Assembly: GCA_964354625.1 (NCBI GenBank) | Contig: CAYHAK010000003.1 | Span: 15,453-79,452, forward strand | DNA length: 64,000 nt | Reading direction: 5' to 3' | Source: an uncultured Candidatus Bathyarchaeia archaeon | GTDB taxonomy: Archaea > Thermoproteota > Bathyarchaeia > Bathyarchaeales > Bathycorpusculaceae | In this document: positions 48,653 through 57,974 of the stretch, one piece after another | Layout of the letters: every line of letters starts with the position of its first letter | Numbering within the stretch: the stretch's first letter is position 1 | The notes under the pieces: model-generated | The model's database searches: none | Told to the model about the DNA's origin: nothing | The model's input: the letters and a program-made list of their open reading frames with translations, nothing else | Translations under genes and position numbers: made by a program

Positions 48653-49045
48653 TTGGAAGCTGACCAACGGATGATGGATGAGTACAGGAAGGGTTGGGCG
48701 CTGCGGTACATGCGAGAGGCCAGAGCGGAGCTTGCGGCCGCGCGCAAGATGCCTTACATGGCGCCCAGTCTCGTGCTCGAAGCCATCAGAAAAGCCCGAA
48801 ACGCCATCTACTACAGCTTCGGCGAACCCGCTTTCGTGGAAATCGCCGTAAGAGAATCCGCCGAAAAGGCACAGCCCGTTGAGGACCCCGTTTTGAAATG
48901 CCTGATCGACATTGACGGCATGGTCCAGCAAATGTCGCAGGTTGAGGAAGTGGACGGCGAACGCGCCATCAAGCAGGCGGACGACCTCGTCCAGCTAGCC
49001 TCAGACATAGTCGAAACCGTGACAGGAGAAAAAATAGAAGATTAG
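48653..49045 (+). CDS. hypothetical helical protein (130 aa)
   Basis: Clean ORF directly after rps17e with helix-rich composition. No family recognised. Confidence 0.55.
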   Translation: MEADQRMMDEYRKGWALRYMREARAELAAARKMPYMAPSLVLEAIRKARNAIYYSFGEPAFVEIAVRESAEKAQPVEDPVLKCLIDIDGMVQQMSQVEEVDGERAIKQADDLVQLASDIVETVTGEKIED

Positions 49046-49053
49046 AAAAGCGC

Positions 49054-50235
49054 TTAACTCTTTTCCAGGGCCTTGGCGATGCGGTCTAGGGCCTTCTTGA
49101 TGTTTTCGACAGAGTTTGCGAACGACAGTCTCAGGTAGCCTTCGCCGAATTTGCCGAAGCTTGTGCCCGGTAGCACGGCTACGCCTGCGTTGTAGAGCAG
49201 GTGGTCGCCCAGTTTGCGGGAGTCCATGCCTGTGCCTGTGATGTTGGGGAACACGTAGAATGCTCCGCGCGGCTTCTTGCAGGTTATGCCCTTGATGCTG
49301 TCCAAGCCTTGGACGATGGCTTCGCGGCGCTTCTTGAACTCGGCTACCATTCTCTCGGGCTCGGTCTGCGGGCCTTTCAGCGCCTCGACGCCTGCCATCT
49401 GAGTGAAGGTGCTCGTGCATGAGTTCGAGTTGGTCGTCAGCTGCGCGCATTTCAACGCCAAGTCCTTGTTCATAACACCGTAGCCGAGCCTCCAACCCGT
49501 CATCGCGTAGGTCTTCGAAAAACCATCCAGCAGAATCGTCTTCTCCTTCATACCCGGAAACTGTGTGATGCTTTCGTGCTTGCCTTCGTAGATTATTCGG
49601 CTGTAGATCTCATCCGACAGCACGAACAGGTCATTGCGGTTGGCCACGCAGTCAGCGATAACCTTCAAATCATCTCTAGTCACAACGCCGCCTGTGGGGT
49701 TCTCCGGCGAGTTGAGGATGATCATCTTTGTCTTCTTTGTGACCTTTTCTTTGACGTATTCTGGGTCGAGGCTGAACTCGTTTTCTTCCTTCAGCGGTAT
49801 CGGCACAGGTTTGGCGCCCACGAAGTTGATGAGCGATTCGTAGACAGGAAAGCCTGGGTTGGGGTACATGACTTCGTCGCCTGGGTTGACGAGCGCGAGG
49901 ATGCTGTTGAATATTGTGGGCTTGCCTCCCGGCGTCACGACGACCTCTTCTGGGACAACGTCCAGCTTTCTTGTCTTGGAGATGTATTCGGCTATAGCTT
50001 GGCGGAGTTCAGGTGTGCCAGCGGAGGGCGTGTAGTGCGTGTAACCTGCGCTAAGCGCCTTTGCAGCAACGTCCTTGATGTTCTTGGGCGTGTCGAAGTC
50101 TGGTTCGCCGATTTCTAGGTGTACAACGTCTTTTCCCTGCTTTTCGAGGGCTCTGGCCTTGGCCAAGACTTCAAACGCGGTTTCGGTTCCTAGTGAACCC
50201 ATTCTCTTCGCGAAGGTAATGTCCAAATGAATCAC
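49054..50235 (-). CDS. class I/II PLP-dependent aminotransferase (aspartate aminotransferase-like)
   Basis: SKTYAMTGWRLGY (PLP lysine) and NPENPTG. Confidence 0.9.
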   Translation of the reverse strand: MIHLDITFAKRMGSLGTETAFEVLAKARALEKQGKDVVHLEIGEPDFDTPKNIKDVAAKALSAGYTHYTPSAGTPELRQAIAEYISKTRKLDVVPEEVVVTPGGKPTIFNSILALVNPGDEVMYPNPGFPVYESLINFVGAKPVPIPLKEENEFSLDPEYVKEKVTKKTKMIILNSPENPTGGVVTRDDLKVIADCVANRNDLFVLSDEIYSRIIYEGKHESITQFPGMKEKTILLDGFSKTYAMTGWRLGYGVMNKDLALKCAQLTTNSNSCTSTFTQMAGVEALKGPQTEPERMVAEFKKRREAIVQGLDSIKGITCKKPRGAFYVFPNITGTGMDSRKLGDHLLYNAGVAVLPGTSFGKFGEGYLRLSFANSVENIKKALDRIAKALEKS

Positions 50236-50313
50236 CTTGATTTCGGAGGAAAACAGAGGTAGAAAGATGGGGATATTTAACTATTGCAGTTTCGCCGCAT
50301 GGAAATTGATGTG

Positions 50314-51330
50314 CTAGAACAGCTTTGACAGAGGCTTGACTTTCATGACGTCTGCGTTTACGAGGTTCTGAGGTTGCTTTCCTTGGAAGAAGGCGACGAG
50401 GTTGTCGGCGACCATCTCCGACATTTTCGCGCGGGTTTCGAGGCTTGCGCTTGAAATGTGCGGCGCGACCACGACGTTGTCAAGCTTCAGCAACGGGTTG
50501 TCTGCGGGTGTAGGTTCCTGTTCGAAAACGTCTAGTCCTGCGCCTGCGATTTTGCCCTGCTTCAAAGCGTCATACAAGGCCTTCTCGTCAATCACGGGAC
50601 CACGTGCGTTGTTGATGAGGTAGGCGGTCTTCTTCATGAGGTTCAGCCTGTCCGCATTTATCAAGTGATGTGTCTCTTTCATGAGTGGTACGTGGACTGT
50701 GACGAAGTCTGCCTCTTTCAGCAGCGTGTCTAGGTCAACTTTCTTTGCGCCTAGTTCTTTTTCCATTTCGGGTCGTGGGATGACGTCGTAGAAGAGAATT
50801 TTCATGTTGAAGCCTTTGGCGCGTTTGGCTACGGCGTAGCCGATTCGGCCTGCGCCTACGATGCCTATGGTGGCGTTGTAGATGTCTCGTCCTGTGAACA
50901 TTGCAGGATGCCAAGCGACTTTCCACTGGCCGCCGCGAACATACGTGTCAGCCTCAACCACGCGCCTTGCCAGTGCCATCAACAGCGCCCAGGCAAAGTC
51001 GGCGGTCGTGTCCGTGAGCACTTCGGGCGTGTTTGTGATGTAGATTCCACGTTTCGTGGCTTCGGGGATGTCGATGTTGTCGAAGCCCACGGCTAGTTGG
51101 CTGACGATTTTGAGTTTGGGTGCGGCGTTGAAGACCTCGGCGTCTATCTTGTCTGATAGCAGTGAGGCGAGAGCGTCGCAGTTCTTGGCTTTTTCGATGA
51201 TTGTACTTTTTGGTGGCGGTGCATAGTCGGACCAGATTTCGGTTTCGAAGTGCTGTCTTATGATGTTGAGGCCCCTTTCCGGGAGCATACGGGTGACGTA
51301 AATCTTCGGTTTGTGCATGTGGTTCACCAT
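50314..51330 (-). CDS. gyaR: D-2-hydroxyacid dehydrogenase (glyoxylate/hydroxypyruvate reductase-like)
   Basis: GIVGAGRIGYAVAKRA NAD motif and NNARGPVIDE. The catalytic His lies in VVAPHISSAS. Confidence 0.88.
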   Translation of the reverse strand: MVNHMHKPKIYVTRMLPERGLNIIRQHFETEIWSDYAPPPKSTIIEKAKNCDALASLLSDKIDAEVFNAAPKLKIVSQLAVGFDNIDIPEATKRGIYITNTPEVLTDTTADFAWALLMALARRVVEADTYVRGGQWKVAWHPAMFTGRDIYNATIGIVGAGRIGYAVAKRAKGFNMKILFYDVIPRPEMEKELGAKKVDLDTLLKEADFVTVHVPLMKETHHLINADRLNLMKKTAYLINNARGPVIDEKALYDALKQGKIAGAGLDVFEQEPTPADNPLLKLDNVVVAPHISSASLETRAKMSEMVADNLVAFFQGKQPQNLVNADVMKVKPLSKLF

Positions 51331-51416
51331 TGTTCAGGTTCGCGGAATTGTTTATTAGCCTTGACTTATTACACTTACGCATCAACCATGAAAGAATCGT
51401 TGACTGGTTTGCCTCT

Positions 51417-52793
51417 ATGACGGTGATAAGGAATAGGGATCAGCTGGTGGTCAATGGTGAGACGGCGCTCAACAGGAAGGCCCGAGCACTGGCCCTCAAA
51501 AGCCTCGAAGCTGCACTCAACGCCGCAGACCCACGAAAGTTAGTCAAGTCAAAACTCACGCTGAAAGACTCAACACTGACTGCAGACAAGTACTCCTTTG
51601 ACCTGAGCAAGCTCAGCCACATCTACGTTGTCGGCGGCGGCAAGGCAAGCGGCCCGATGGCCGAGGCTCTGGAAGAGGTCTTGGGCAATCGCATAACGAA
51701 GGGGCTTGTCAATGTGCCGCGCAGCTGCAAGAGCAAGACTCGCGCCGTTTTGCTTCATGAGGCAAGTCACCCGATTCCAGACGAGGCAGGCGTTGAAGGC
51801 ACGCGCCGCATGCTCGAAATGGCCGAGCAGGCAGAGAAAGACGACTTGGTTGTCTGCCTCATTTCAGGCGGAGGCTCAAGCCTCATGCCGCTGCCCCGCG
51901 GAGAAATCACGATCTCGGACAAGAAGCAGATCTCGAGTGCGCTGCTCAAGTGTGGGGCGACGATTAACGAGATTAACACGGTGCGGAAGCACATTTCGGA
52001 TTTCAAGGGTGGTTGGCTTGCGAAGAAGGCTTATCCTGCCACGATTTTGAACCTGATACTGTCTGATGTGGTGGGCGATCCGCTGGACTTCATTGCTTCA
52101 GGTCCCACTGTGCCTGACTCGACAACCTTCAGCGACGCAATAGGCATTCTGATGAAGCACGCGCTGTGGGACAAAACGCCGGAGGCAATCCGAAAGGTGC
52201 TCTCCGACGGCGAGAAGGGCGATATTCCCGAAACGCCTAAGATAGGCGACGACGCTTTCAAGAGGGTGTTCAACGTCGTCATCGGCAACAGCAGGCTCGC
52301 ATGCTTAGCTGCCTGTAACGCTTTGAAGGCGGAGGGATTGAACACAGTTTTGTTGACTGCGACAATGGAGGGAGAGGCCAGGCACGTGGCAGTTTTGCTG
52401 GCCTCAGTCGGCCGTGAAGTCATCGCCTCAGGCAATCCAGCCTCAAAGCCCGCAGGCATCGTGTCAGGCGGCGAAACAGCAGTCACGGTTGTGGGCAAGG
52501 GTTTGGGCAGTCGCAATCAGGAGATCGCGTTGGCAGCTGGGTTGAAGATCAGAGGCTTGGACGGGGTGGTTGTGGCTTCGTTGAGCACTGATGGCGTGGA
52601 TGGGCCTACGGATGCGGCGGGTGCAATCTCAGATAGCAGAACAGTGGCCAGAGCTTCAGGCTTGGGAATGAGGCCGGAGGAGTTTCTGGCCGAGAACGAC
52701 TCGTATCACTTTTTTGAGAAGCTGGGCGACCTGCTTGTCACTGGACCTACGGGCACGAATGTGAATGACATTTCTGTGATCGTGGTCGTGTGA
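51417..52793 (+). CDS. gck: glycerate 2-kinase (MOFRL family)
   Basis: DUF4147-like N-terminus, a GGGKASG-like motif (VVGGGKASGPMA), and MOFRL C-terminus (SGGETAVTV...GSRNQE...TDGVDGPTDAAGA). I chose ATG at 51417. Confidence 0.85.
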   Translation: MTVIRNRDQLVVNGETALNRKARALALKSLEAALNAADPRKLVKSKLTLKDSTLTADKYSFDLSKLSHIYVVGGGKASGPMAEALEEVLGNRITKGLVNVPRSCKSKTRAVLLHEASHPIPDEAGVEGTRRMLEMAEQAEKDDLVVCLISGGGSSLMPLPRGEITISDKKQISSALLKCGATINEINTVRKHISDFKGGWLAKKAYPATILNLILSDVVGDPLDFIASGPTVPDSTTFSDAIGILMKHALWDKTPEAIRKVLSDGEKGDIPETPKIGDDAFKRVFNVVIGNSRLACLAACNALKAEGLNTVLLTATMEGEARHVAVLLASVGREVIASGNPASKPAGIVSGGETAVTVVGKGLGSRNQEIALAAGLKIRGLDGVVVASLSTDGVDGPTDAAGAISDSRTVARASGLGMRPEEFLAENDSYHFFEKLGDLLVTGPTGTNVNDISVIVVV

Positions 52794-52804
52794 GGTGGTA
52801 GCGG

Positions 52805-53074
52805 TTGGTGGTGACTGTGAAATTTGTGGGTTCGCTTCGGACTTCTGCAGGCAAAGGCAAGCTTACGCTCAAGCTCGGAAAGGCCACGTCTCTGAGTAAA
52901 GCTATGGAAATGATGGCAGAAGAAGAGCCTAAACTCAAGCTATCTTTCGACAACGCAAGAGCAGGTATGCTCATCCTCGTCAACGGCAGGGAAATCAGCG
53001 TCCTGAACGGTTTGAATCCTTTGCTCAAGGATGGGGATGAAGTGGTTTTCGTGCCCGTCGTGCACGGAGGCTGA
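52805..53074 (+). CDS. MoaD/ThiS/SAMP-type beta-grasp protein ending in Gly-Gly
   Basis: 89 aa, (M)VVTVKFVGSLR...ILVNGREI...GDEVVFVPVVHGG-stop. Confidence 0.8.
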   Translation: MVVTVKFVGSLRTSAGKGKLTLKLGKATSLSKAMEMMAEEEPKLKLSFDNARAGMLILVNGREISVLNGLNPLLKDGDEVVFVPVVHGG

Positions 53075-53080
53075 ACGAGC

Positions 53081-53869
53081 GTGCAGGTCTACGCGGTTGA
53101 GACTCGAACCGTGAGAGCAGGCGACGACTTGGTTGACATCGTTCTGGAGGCGCTGAAGACCCAAGATCTGGAACTGCAGGACAAAGACGTTCTGGCCTTG
53201 GCCTCGAAAATCGTGTCCTACTCCCAGAACCGCATAGCCAGACTGAACGAGATCGAGCCCTCCGAAAAAGCGAAGAAACTTGCGAAGCAGTATTCGCTGG
53301 CGCCCGAGTTCGCGGAGCTTGTATTGCGCGAGGCAGAAACGATCTACGGCGGCGTGGACAAAGCGACGCTGACGTTGAAGGACGGCACACTGACGCCGAA
53401 CGCAGGGATTGACAGTAAGAATGCACCTGAGGGTTGCGTGGTTCTGTGGCCGACCAAGCTCAAGAGTTGGACGAAGGATTTCAGAGAAGCAATAGAGCAC
53501 AGATTGGGCAGGCGCATTGGGATCCTAGTTGTTGACAGTGGTTTGACACCGTTGAGGATCGGCACAAGTGGTCTGGCTCTTGCGGTTGCAGGCTTCAAGC
53601 CGATACGAGACCACCGAAGCAGTAGAGACCTCCACGGCAGGACCATTGCGATTACGCGGCATGCGGTGGTGGATGATTTGGCTTCTGCGGCGCACCTGAT
53701 GATGGGCGAGGCCACGGAGAAAACGCCCGTCGTGCTCATACGCGAAGCACCATTGGAGTTCGATGATGGCGTCTACGATGCGGGAGACATGAGGATGTCT
53801 GCAGGCGAGTGCGCTTTCATGGGTGTTTTTCAGGCTGACACTCGGGGATCGGGGAAAGCAAAAGGTTAG
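53081..53869 (+). CDS. cofE: coenzyme F420:L-glutamate ligase family (CofE-like)
   Basis: DVLALASKIVS, PNAGIDSKNAP, VVDSGLTPLRIGTSGLALA and MGEATEKTPVVLIR. The GTG start is 6 nt after the beta-grasp gene stop. Confidence 0.85.
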   Translation: MQVYAVETRTVRAGDDLVDIVLEALKTQDLELQDKDVLALASKIVSYSQNRIARLNEIEPSEKAKKLAKQYSLAPEFAELVLREAETIYGGVDKATLTLKDGTLTPNAGIDSKNAPEGCVVLWPTKLKSWTKDFREAIEHRLGRRIGILVVDSGLTPLRIGTSGLALAVAGFKPIRDHRSSRDLHGRTIAITRHAVVDDLASAAHLMMGEATEKTPVVLIREAPLEFDDGVYDAGDMRMSAGECAFMGVFQADTRGSGKAKG

Positions 53870-54557
53870 CTGATCTCAGTATTCGGTGGAGCGATAGACC
53901 GATAATTGAGGCGAAAATGGCGATTATGAGCCGCTCCACAGGGTAAGTGATGGCAGTGGCAAGCCATGTTCCGCTCCAGAAGGCCACGTCAGGCTGTAGC
54001 ATGGTCACGAAGATCAGCGATCCGGCGATTTGACCTGCTAGGGTTGAGGCCATGCAGGTTGCGAAGTAGGCGAAGGCAAGCCCCGCACCCTTGTAGGAGT
54101 TGAAGCCTTTCGTGATCGTTGATTGAGACGGCGGGGTGAGGATTATGAGACCTATTGCTTGGAACACAAGGTATGCGGGGTAGAGCCGCAGAGGCCCCAC
54201 CGTCGGATAGAAAGCCAACGCAAGCCACAGAACAGCATACAACAACAAGGCAAGAACGCGTCTGCGGTCACGGATCAAGCCTGCGCACAGCGCAGCGGCG
54301 ATGCCTGCGGCGAAGCTTGGCTGCGAGAGGAAACCGAGGGAGAAGCCGATTACTCCTCCGAGCAGCGCGGACAGCGAGCCCAGGTATGGGCCTAGGACTA
54401 TGCCTATCAGTGGTGCGATGATGGCGGCGGCGGTTATGGCTTGGCCTTGCAGGCCGATTATGGGGCTGATCTTCATCACGCCCAGCACCGCATAAAGGGC
54501 CGTGAACATGACGGCTAAGGCCAAGTCTTTCGACGTGAGTCGGGTGTTGATGGGCAT
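53817..54557 (-). CDS. polytopic membrane protein (ECF-transporter S-component-like)
   Basis: About 6 TM segments with Gly/Ala-rich helices. I chose ATG at 54557. The 3' end overlaps cofE by 53 nt in convergent orientation. Confidence 0.65.
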   Translation of the reverse strand: MPINTRLTSKDLALAVMFTALYAVLGVMKISPIIGLQGQAITAAAIIAPLIGIVLGPYLGSLSALLGGVIGFSLGFLSQPSFAAGIAAALCAGLIRDRRRVLALLLYAVLWLALAFYPTVGPLRLYPAYLVFQAIGLIILTPPSQSTITKGFNSYKGAGLAFAYFATCMASTLAGQIAGSLIFVTMLQPDVAFWSGTWLATAITYPVERLIIAIFASIIGLSLHRILRSANLLLSPIPECQPEKHP

Positions 54558-54613
54558 TTGCCGTTCCTTTCGCCTTGATTTTGGAAAGCTAATTATGGCC
54601 GACTGCATATAAA

Positions 54614-55417
54614 ATGAGCTTCATGGCTAGGCCTATTATCACGTTGACCACGGATTTTGGTTTGCGCGACCCGTATGTTGCGGAGATGAAGGCCGTCATA
54701 TTGAGCATCTGCCCTGAGGCCACGATAGTGGATGTTAGTCACGAGATTGAGAAGTTCAACATACGCATGGCTGCCTTCGTGCTCGCCTGCGCCGCACCCT
54801 ATTTCCCGAAAGGCACGATACACGTGGCCGTCGTAGACCCAAGCGTAGGCACAAAACGAGAACTTGTAGTCATACAGACCCAAAACGCCTACTACTTAGG
54901 CCCAGATAACGGCATACTCATACTCGCCATCAGAAACGACAAGCCAATACAGATACGTGAAATGACAAATAGAAATCTCATGATGCCACGAATCAGCAAC
55001 ACCTTCCACGGAAGAGACATGTTCGCACCAACAGCAGCACATATGGCAAATGGAACAAGACTTGAGGAAATCGGAAAACGCGTCAAGATAATTGTAAAGC
55101 CAAGCTATGCGAGGGTCGTAAGAAGAAAAAACGCATGGATAGGCGAAGCCATCCACGTAGACGACTTCGGAAATGTCATCACAAACCTCGAACGTGCAGA
55201 CTTTGGACAACTGCCGGACGGAAGCTGTCTTCATGTCAGACTTGAAAACCGTGAATTGATGGTAAAGCTGTGCAGGACGTACTCCGACGTAGAAGGAAAC
55301 GAGCTACTGGCCACTTTTGGAAGTCACGGTTTTCTGGAGATATCCGCAAGCCGAGGAAATGCAGCTGAGTTACTTGGTATAAGAAGCGGAGACAAATTGA
55401 TATTCCACTGCAGTTAA
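54614..55417 (+). CDS. SAM hydroxide adenosyltransferase family (DUF62, fluorinase/chlorinase-like)
   Basis: ITLTTDFGLRDPYVAEMKAVI, VAVVDPSVGT, GPDNGIL and FHGRDMFAP. Confidence 0.88.
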   Translation: MSFMARPIITLTTDFGLRDPYVAEMKAVILSICPEATIVDVSHEIEKFNIRMAAFVLACAAPYFPKGTIHVAVVDPSVGTKRELVVIQTQNAYYLGPDNGILILAIRNDKPIQIREMTNRNLMMPRISNTFHGRDMFAPTAAHMANGTRLEEIGKRVKIIVKPSYARVVRRKNAWIGEAIHVDDFGNVITNLERADFGQLPDGSCLHVRLENRELMVKLCRTYSDVEGNELLATFGSHGFLEISASRGNAAELLGIRSGDKLIFHCS

Positions 55418-55502
55418 CGCGAAGCAGATCCTCTGTGAAGCCTGTGACTTCATAGAGCTTTACATATTTCGTACTTGAAAGTTTGATCATGCCCAGAAAT
55501 AA

Positions 55503-55511
55503 GCGCGCGCG
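55503..55511. repeat. alternating GC tract, copy of the dispersed motif
   Basis: Read directly as aTAAGCGCGCGCGag, between convergent stops, 3 nt from the nadM stop. Confidence 0.8.
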
Positions 55512-55513
55512 AG

Positions 55514-56041
55514 TTATTGTTTGTCTTTTTTGTGTAGGTCTTTGAGTCTGTTGGTTCCATCTGTTTGCTCTATGAAGGCTGCTACGGTTTCCGGAACAAG
55601 CTTCTTCCAGCCCTGACCCTTGATCATCTTCTCTCTTATGAGGGTCGAAGAGTAGACCTGTCTGTCATAGAATGGTATGGCCTTGACTTTGTATCCAGCC
55701 TCCGTGAACAGTCTTCGCGTCAACGGCTCGTTCGTGTAGACTACCGTGAACTTCGGCGTGTAGCCTTCTACTTCGGCGACCCACATCATGTGCAAATTCA
55801 CGTCGGGTACGGGTATGATCCACACGCGCTTAAGGTCAACATCCGCCTCCTTAAGAACGTCTCTCACCATAACGAGCCTCTCGCCGGCCGTAAATGGATT
55901 ATCCACGTTGTGGCTGTATTGCGCGCTGCCTATTACGATGACAAGCTCGTCAACCTCATCGAGAATCTTCTCAACAACACTCAGGTGCCCAAGATGAAAA
56001 GGCTGAAAACGTCCAACATAAAGCCCACGCCTAACCAACAA
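55514..56041 (-). CDS. nadM: nicotinamide-nucleotide adenylyltransferase (archaeal type)
   Basis: RGLYVGRFQPFHLGHL and NPFTAGER. TTG start. Confidence 0.9.
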   Translation of the reverse strand: MLVRRGLYVGRFQPFHLGHLSVVEKILDEVDELVIVIGSAQYSHNVDNPFTAGERLVMVRDVLKEADVDLKRVWIIPVPDVNLHMMWVAEVEGYTPKFTVVYTNEPLTRRLFTEAGYKVKAIPFYDRQVYSSTLIREKMIKGQGWKKLVPETVAAFIEQTDGTNRLKDLHKKDKQ

Positions 56042-56296
56042 ACACCACCGAACCCTTCGTTGTCACAACACGCATTTAGCACTTGCGCCAAAACCACACG
56101 CCGCCAAAAACCATGTGGTAGATCTCGCTTTGGCTGTTTTTCAGCGCAATAGCTTGTTCAAGAACGGCGGAGGGACCATCCTGCTGACCGAAAGGAGGTT
56201 CAGTAGACGCAAACGCTTTACTAGCCTCAGAGGCGGTTGACCTATATACAGGGTTAGAAATTCGGCCACGCGCAAACAGCCAGCCGCTGCGCGGCC

Positions 56297-56896
56297 TCAC
56301 TTTTTCTCGGCTTTCTTCACCACTTGCTCAACTGGAAAAACCTTCAGCTTCCCACCTCTGACCAGGATCTCCTTCGCCTCACGGAATCCCCGCCTTTCCC
56401 GCTTCAGCATCTTCTGTTTTGCATCCAAGCCACCTGCATAGCCGCCAAGTCCAAAGCCTGACGCAACAACGCGGTGACAGGGCACGATGGGCGCGAACGG
56501 GTTTCCAGCCATGATGTTGCCTACGGCTCTCGCACCTCCGCCCACGGCTTTCGCGATACCGCCATATGACGCCACATAACCTGTCGGAATAGCATAAACG
56601 GCCTCAAGCACCTTCGCCGTGTACGCAGGCAAACGCTCAGTCGCCAATTTGAACCGCGTCGAAACGTCCCTGCCCGCCTCGACATCCTTAATCGCGGCGA
56701 CCACGCTCCTTCCAAACGCAGACGGTTGCGACATCTGCTGGTAGCTCGCGGCTTTCGGCATGTTGCCTGTCAGCCCCCGCAACGTCTGTTTCTGGTTGCG
56801 GCCGAACCAAGTTGCATGAACCTTCTCGCCCTCGTAAGCCGCACCGAACCACACGCCGCCTTCCTCCTCAACGTATACGTCAATCATCACGTTCAC
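56297..56896 (-). CDS. ogt: methylated-DNA--protein-cysteine methyltransferase
   Basis: Active-site IVPCHRVV and GGYAGG. Confidence 0.9.
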   Translation of the reverse strand: MNVMIDVYVEEEGGVWFGAAYEGEKVHATWFGRNQKQTLRGLTGNMPKAASYQQMSQPSAFGRSVVAAIKDVEAGRDVSTRFKLATERLPAYTAKVLEAVYAIPTGYVASYGGIAKAVGGGARAVGNIMAGNPFAPIVPCHRVVASGFGLGGYAGGLDAKQKMLKRERRGFREAKEILVRGGKLKVFPVEQVVKKAEKK

Positions 56897-56931
56897 ACTC
56901 GATACCTCATTCTATGGAAACGTTAAGTATA

Positions 56932-57500
56932 TTAGCTCTCGCGCGCGCAGACCGCGCGATTATTCCGCCCGTCGGCGTATTCGCCTGTGACGTATTCGAA
57001 TCCAGCTTCTATTAGTTTGCATGCTTTTTCTACGTTTTCGGCTACGGTGGTATGGAACTCATCGCTTTCAAAGCTCACAAGCTGTGTGTACAGAAGCGTG
57101 TTTTGGATGTTTCTGTGTCCAAACATCTTCATGATGTGCAAAATGCCTCTGGTCTTGTGATATTCCGTTGTGGCTTTCCAGTGACGACAAGTGTGAAACG
57201 TTATCTTATCTATGCGTTTGTTCTCAAGTTTGTAGACGCCCTTTTTCTCTGAGTACGGTAAGTCCGCCTGAAGTGCTCCTGTGAGTCTTTGAACATTTCA
57301 GACTGGCCCTTCGGTAGATTGTTCAACATTGAGGCAAGCCTGTCATTTGCTGATTTCCCACGAGGAACGCTCTTCCTGTTCCTTTCGCACTTTTCCATGT
57401 TGGTTTTTTCCTTTTCCTTTTCCCATCGCATTCCTGAGGGAAACGGTATAGAAGAAGCCAGATATGGAAGCAGGGAAATGGTCCAACCGCCCGTCAACAT
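56932..57500 (-). mobile_element. decayed tyrosine-recombinase (integrase) gene: 5'-truncated and frameshifted
   Basis: Frame 1 (57297..56932) reads ...KITFHTCRHWKATTEYHKTRGILHIMKMFGHRNIQNTLLYTQLVSFESDEF...AGFEYV, carrying the HxxR and catalytic Tyr region. Frame 2 (57500..57210) reads ...KSVPRGKSANDRLASMLNNLPKGQSEMF...FRRTYRTQRKRA. The frame switch is near 57230-57245. No intact N-terminal domain remains. Confidence 0.75.
56940..56948. repeat. alternating GC tract at the 3' end of the integrase remnant
   Basis: Read directly as ctCGCGCGCGCag. It encodes the last residues, CARES. Confidence 0.7.
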
Positions 57501-57730
57501 CCTGGTGAATGCATCGCCTTATGCTGTACAAGTCGCAAAAGCCGTGGTCTTCCCGCTCCTCAGTGCGAAAGGCACGAGGCGCTCATGGCGAAGGTATCGG
57601 CGGTGGTCAAGTAGAAACTGTCGAAGACAGAAAAACAAACGAACACTGTAGCTACGTATGTGGTAGGTTGCGATTGAGCACACTCGCCTTACCAAACATG
57701 TTTAGCGCGCCCTAAGGGGGTAGGCCTTTA

Positions 57731-57748
57731 AGATTTCTGAAGAAATCT
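57731..57748. repeat. perfect 8-bp inverted repeat (agatttct ga agaaatct)
   Basis: Read directly, just beyond the 5' remnant of the integrase gene. Confidence 0.6.
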
Positions 57749-57974
57749 CCTACAAAAACACTGAATCGCCTTTTGCAGGTATGGCGCAATAGGACGTGGT
57801 TCTCGACGCATTAGATGAAACGCGTGCGCTGTCTTCTATGACGCTGTTGCTGAGCAAACAAAGTGATGATGAAGCTCATCAAGACGACAAAAAAAAGAGG
57901 GAATGTTGCGGGAGACGCCTCCATTTCCGACGCATTAAGTTTAATAGCATGTCCGTGCATAACAACGCAAAAGG

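Noticed and set aside
56995-57003. TTCGAATCC, resembling a tRNA T-loop, near the integrase relic.
   Set aside because: The flanking bases cannot form a T-stem or acceptor stem, and it lies inside the integrase-remnant coding frame.
57863-57872. GTGATGATGA, a C-box-like sequence suggesting a C/D box sRNA.
   Set aside because: There is no CUGA D or D' box within the following about 70 nt, and no terminal stem.
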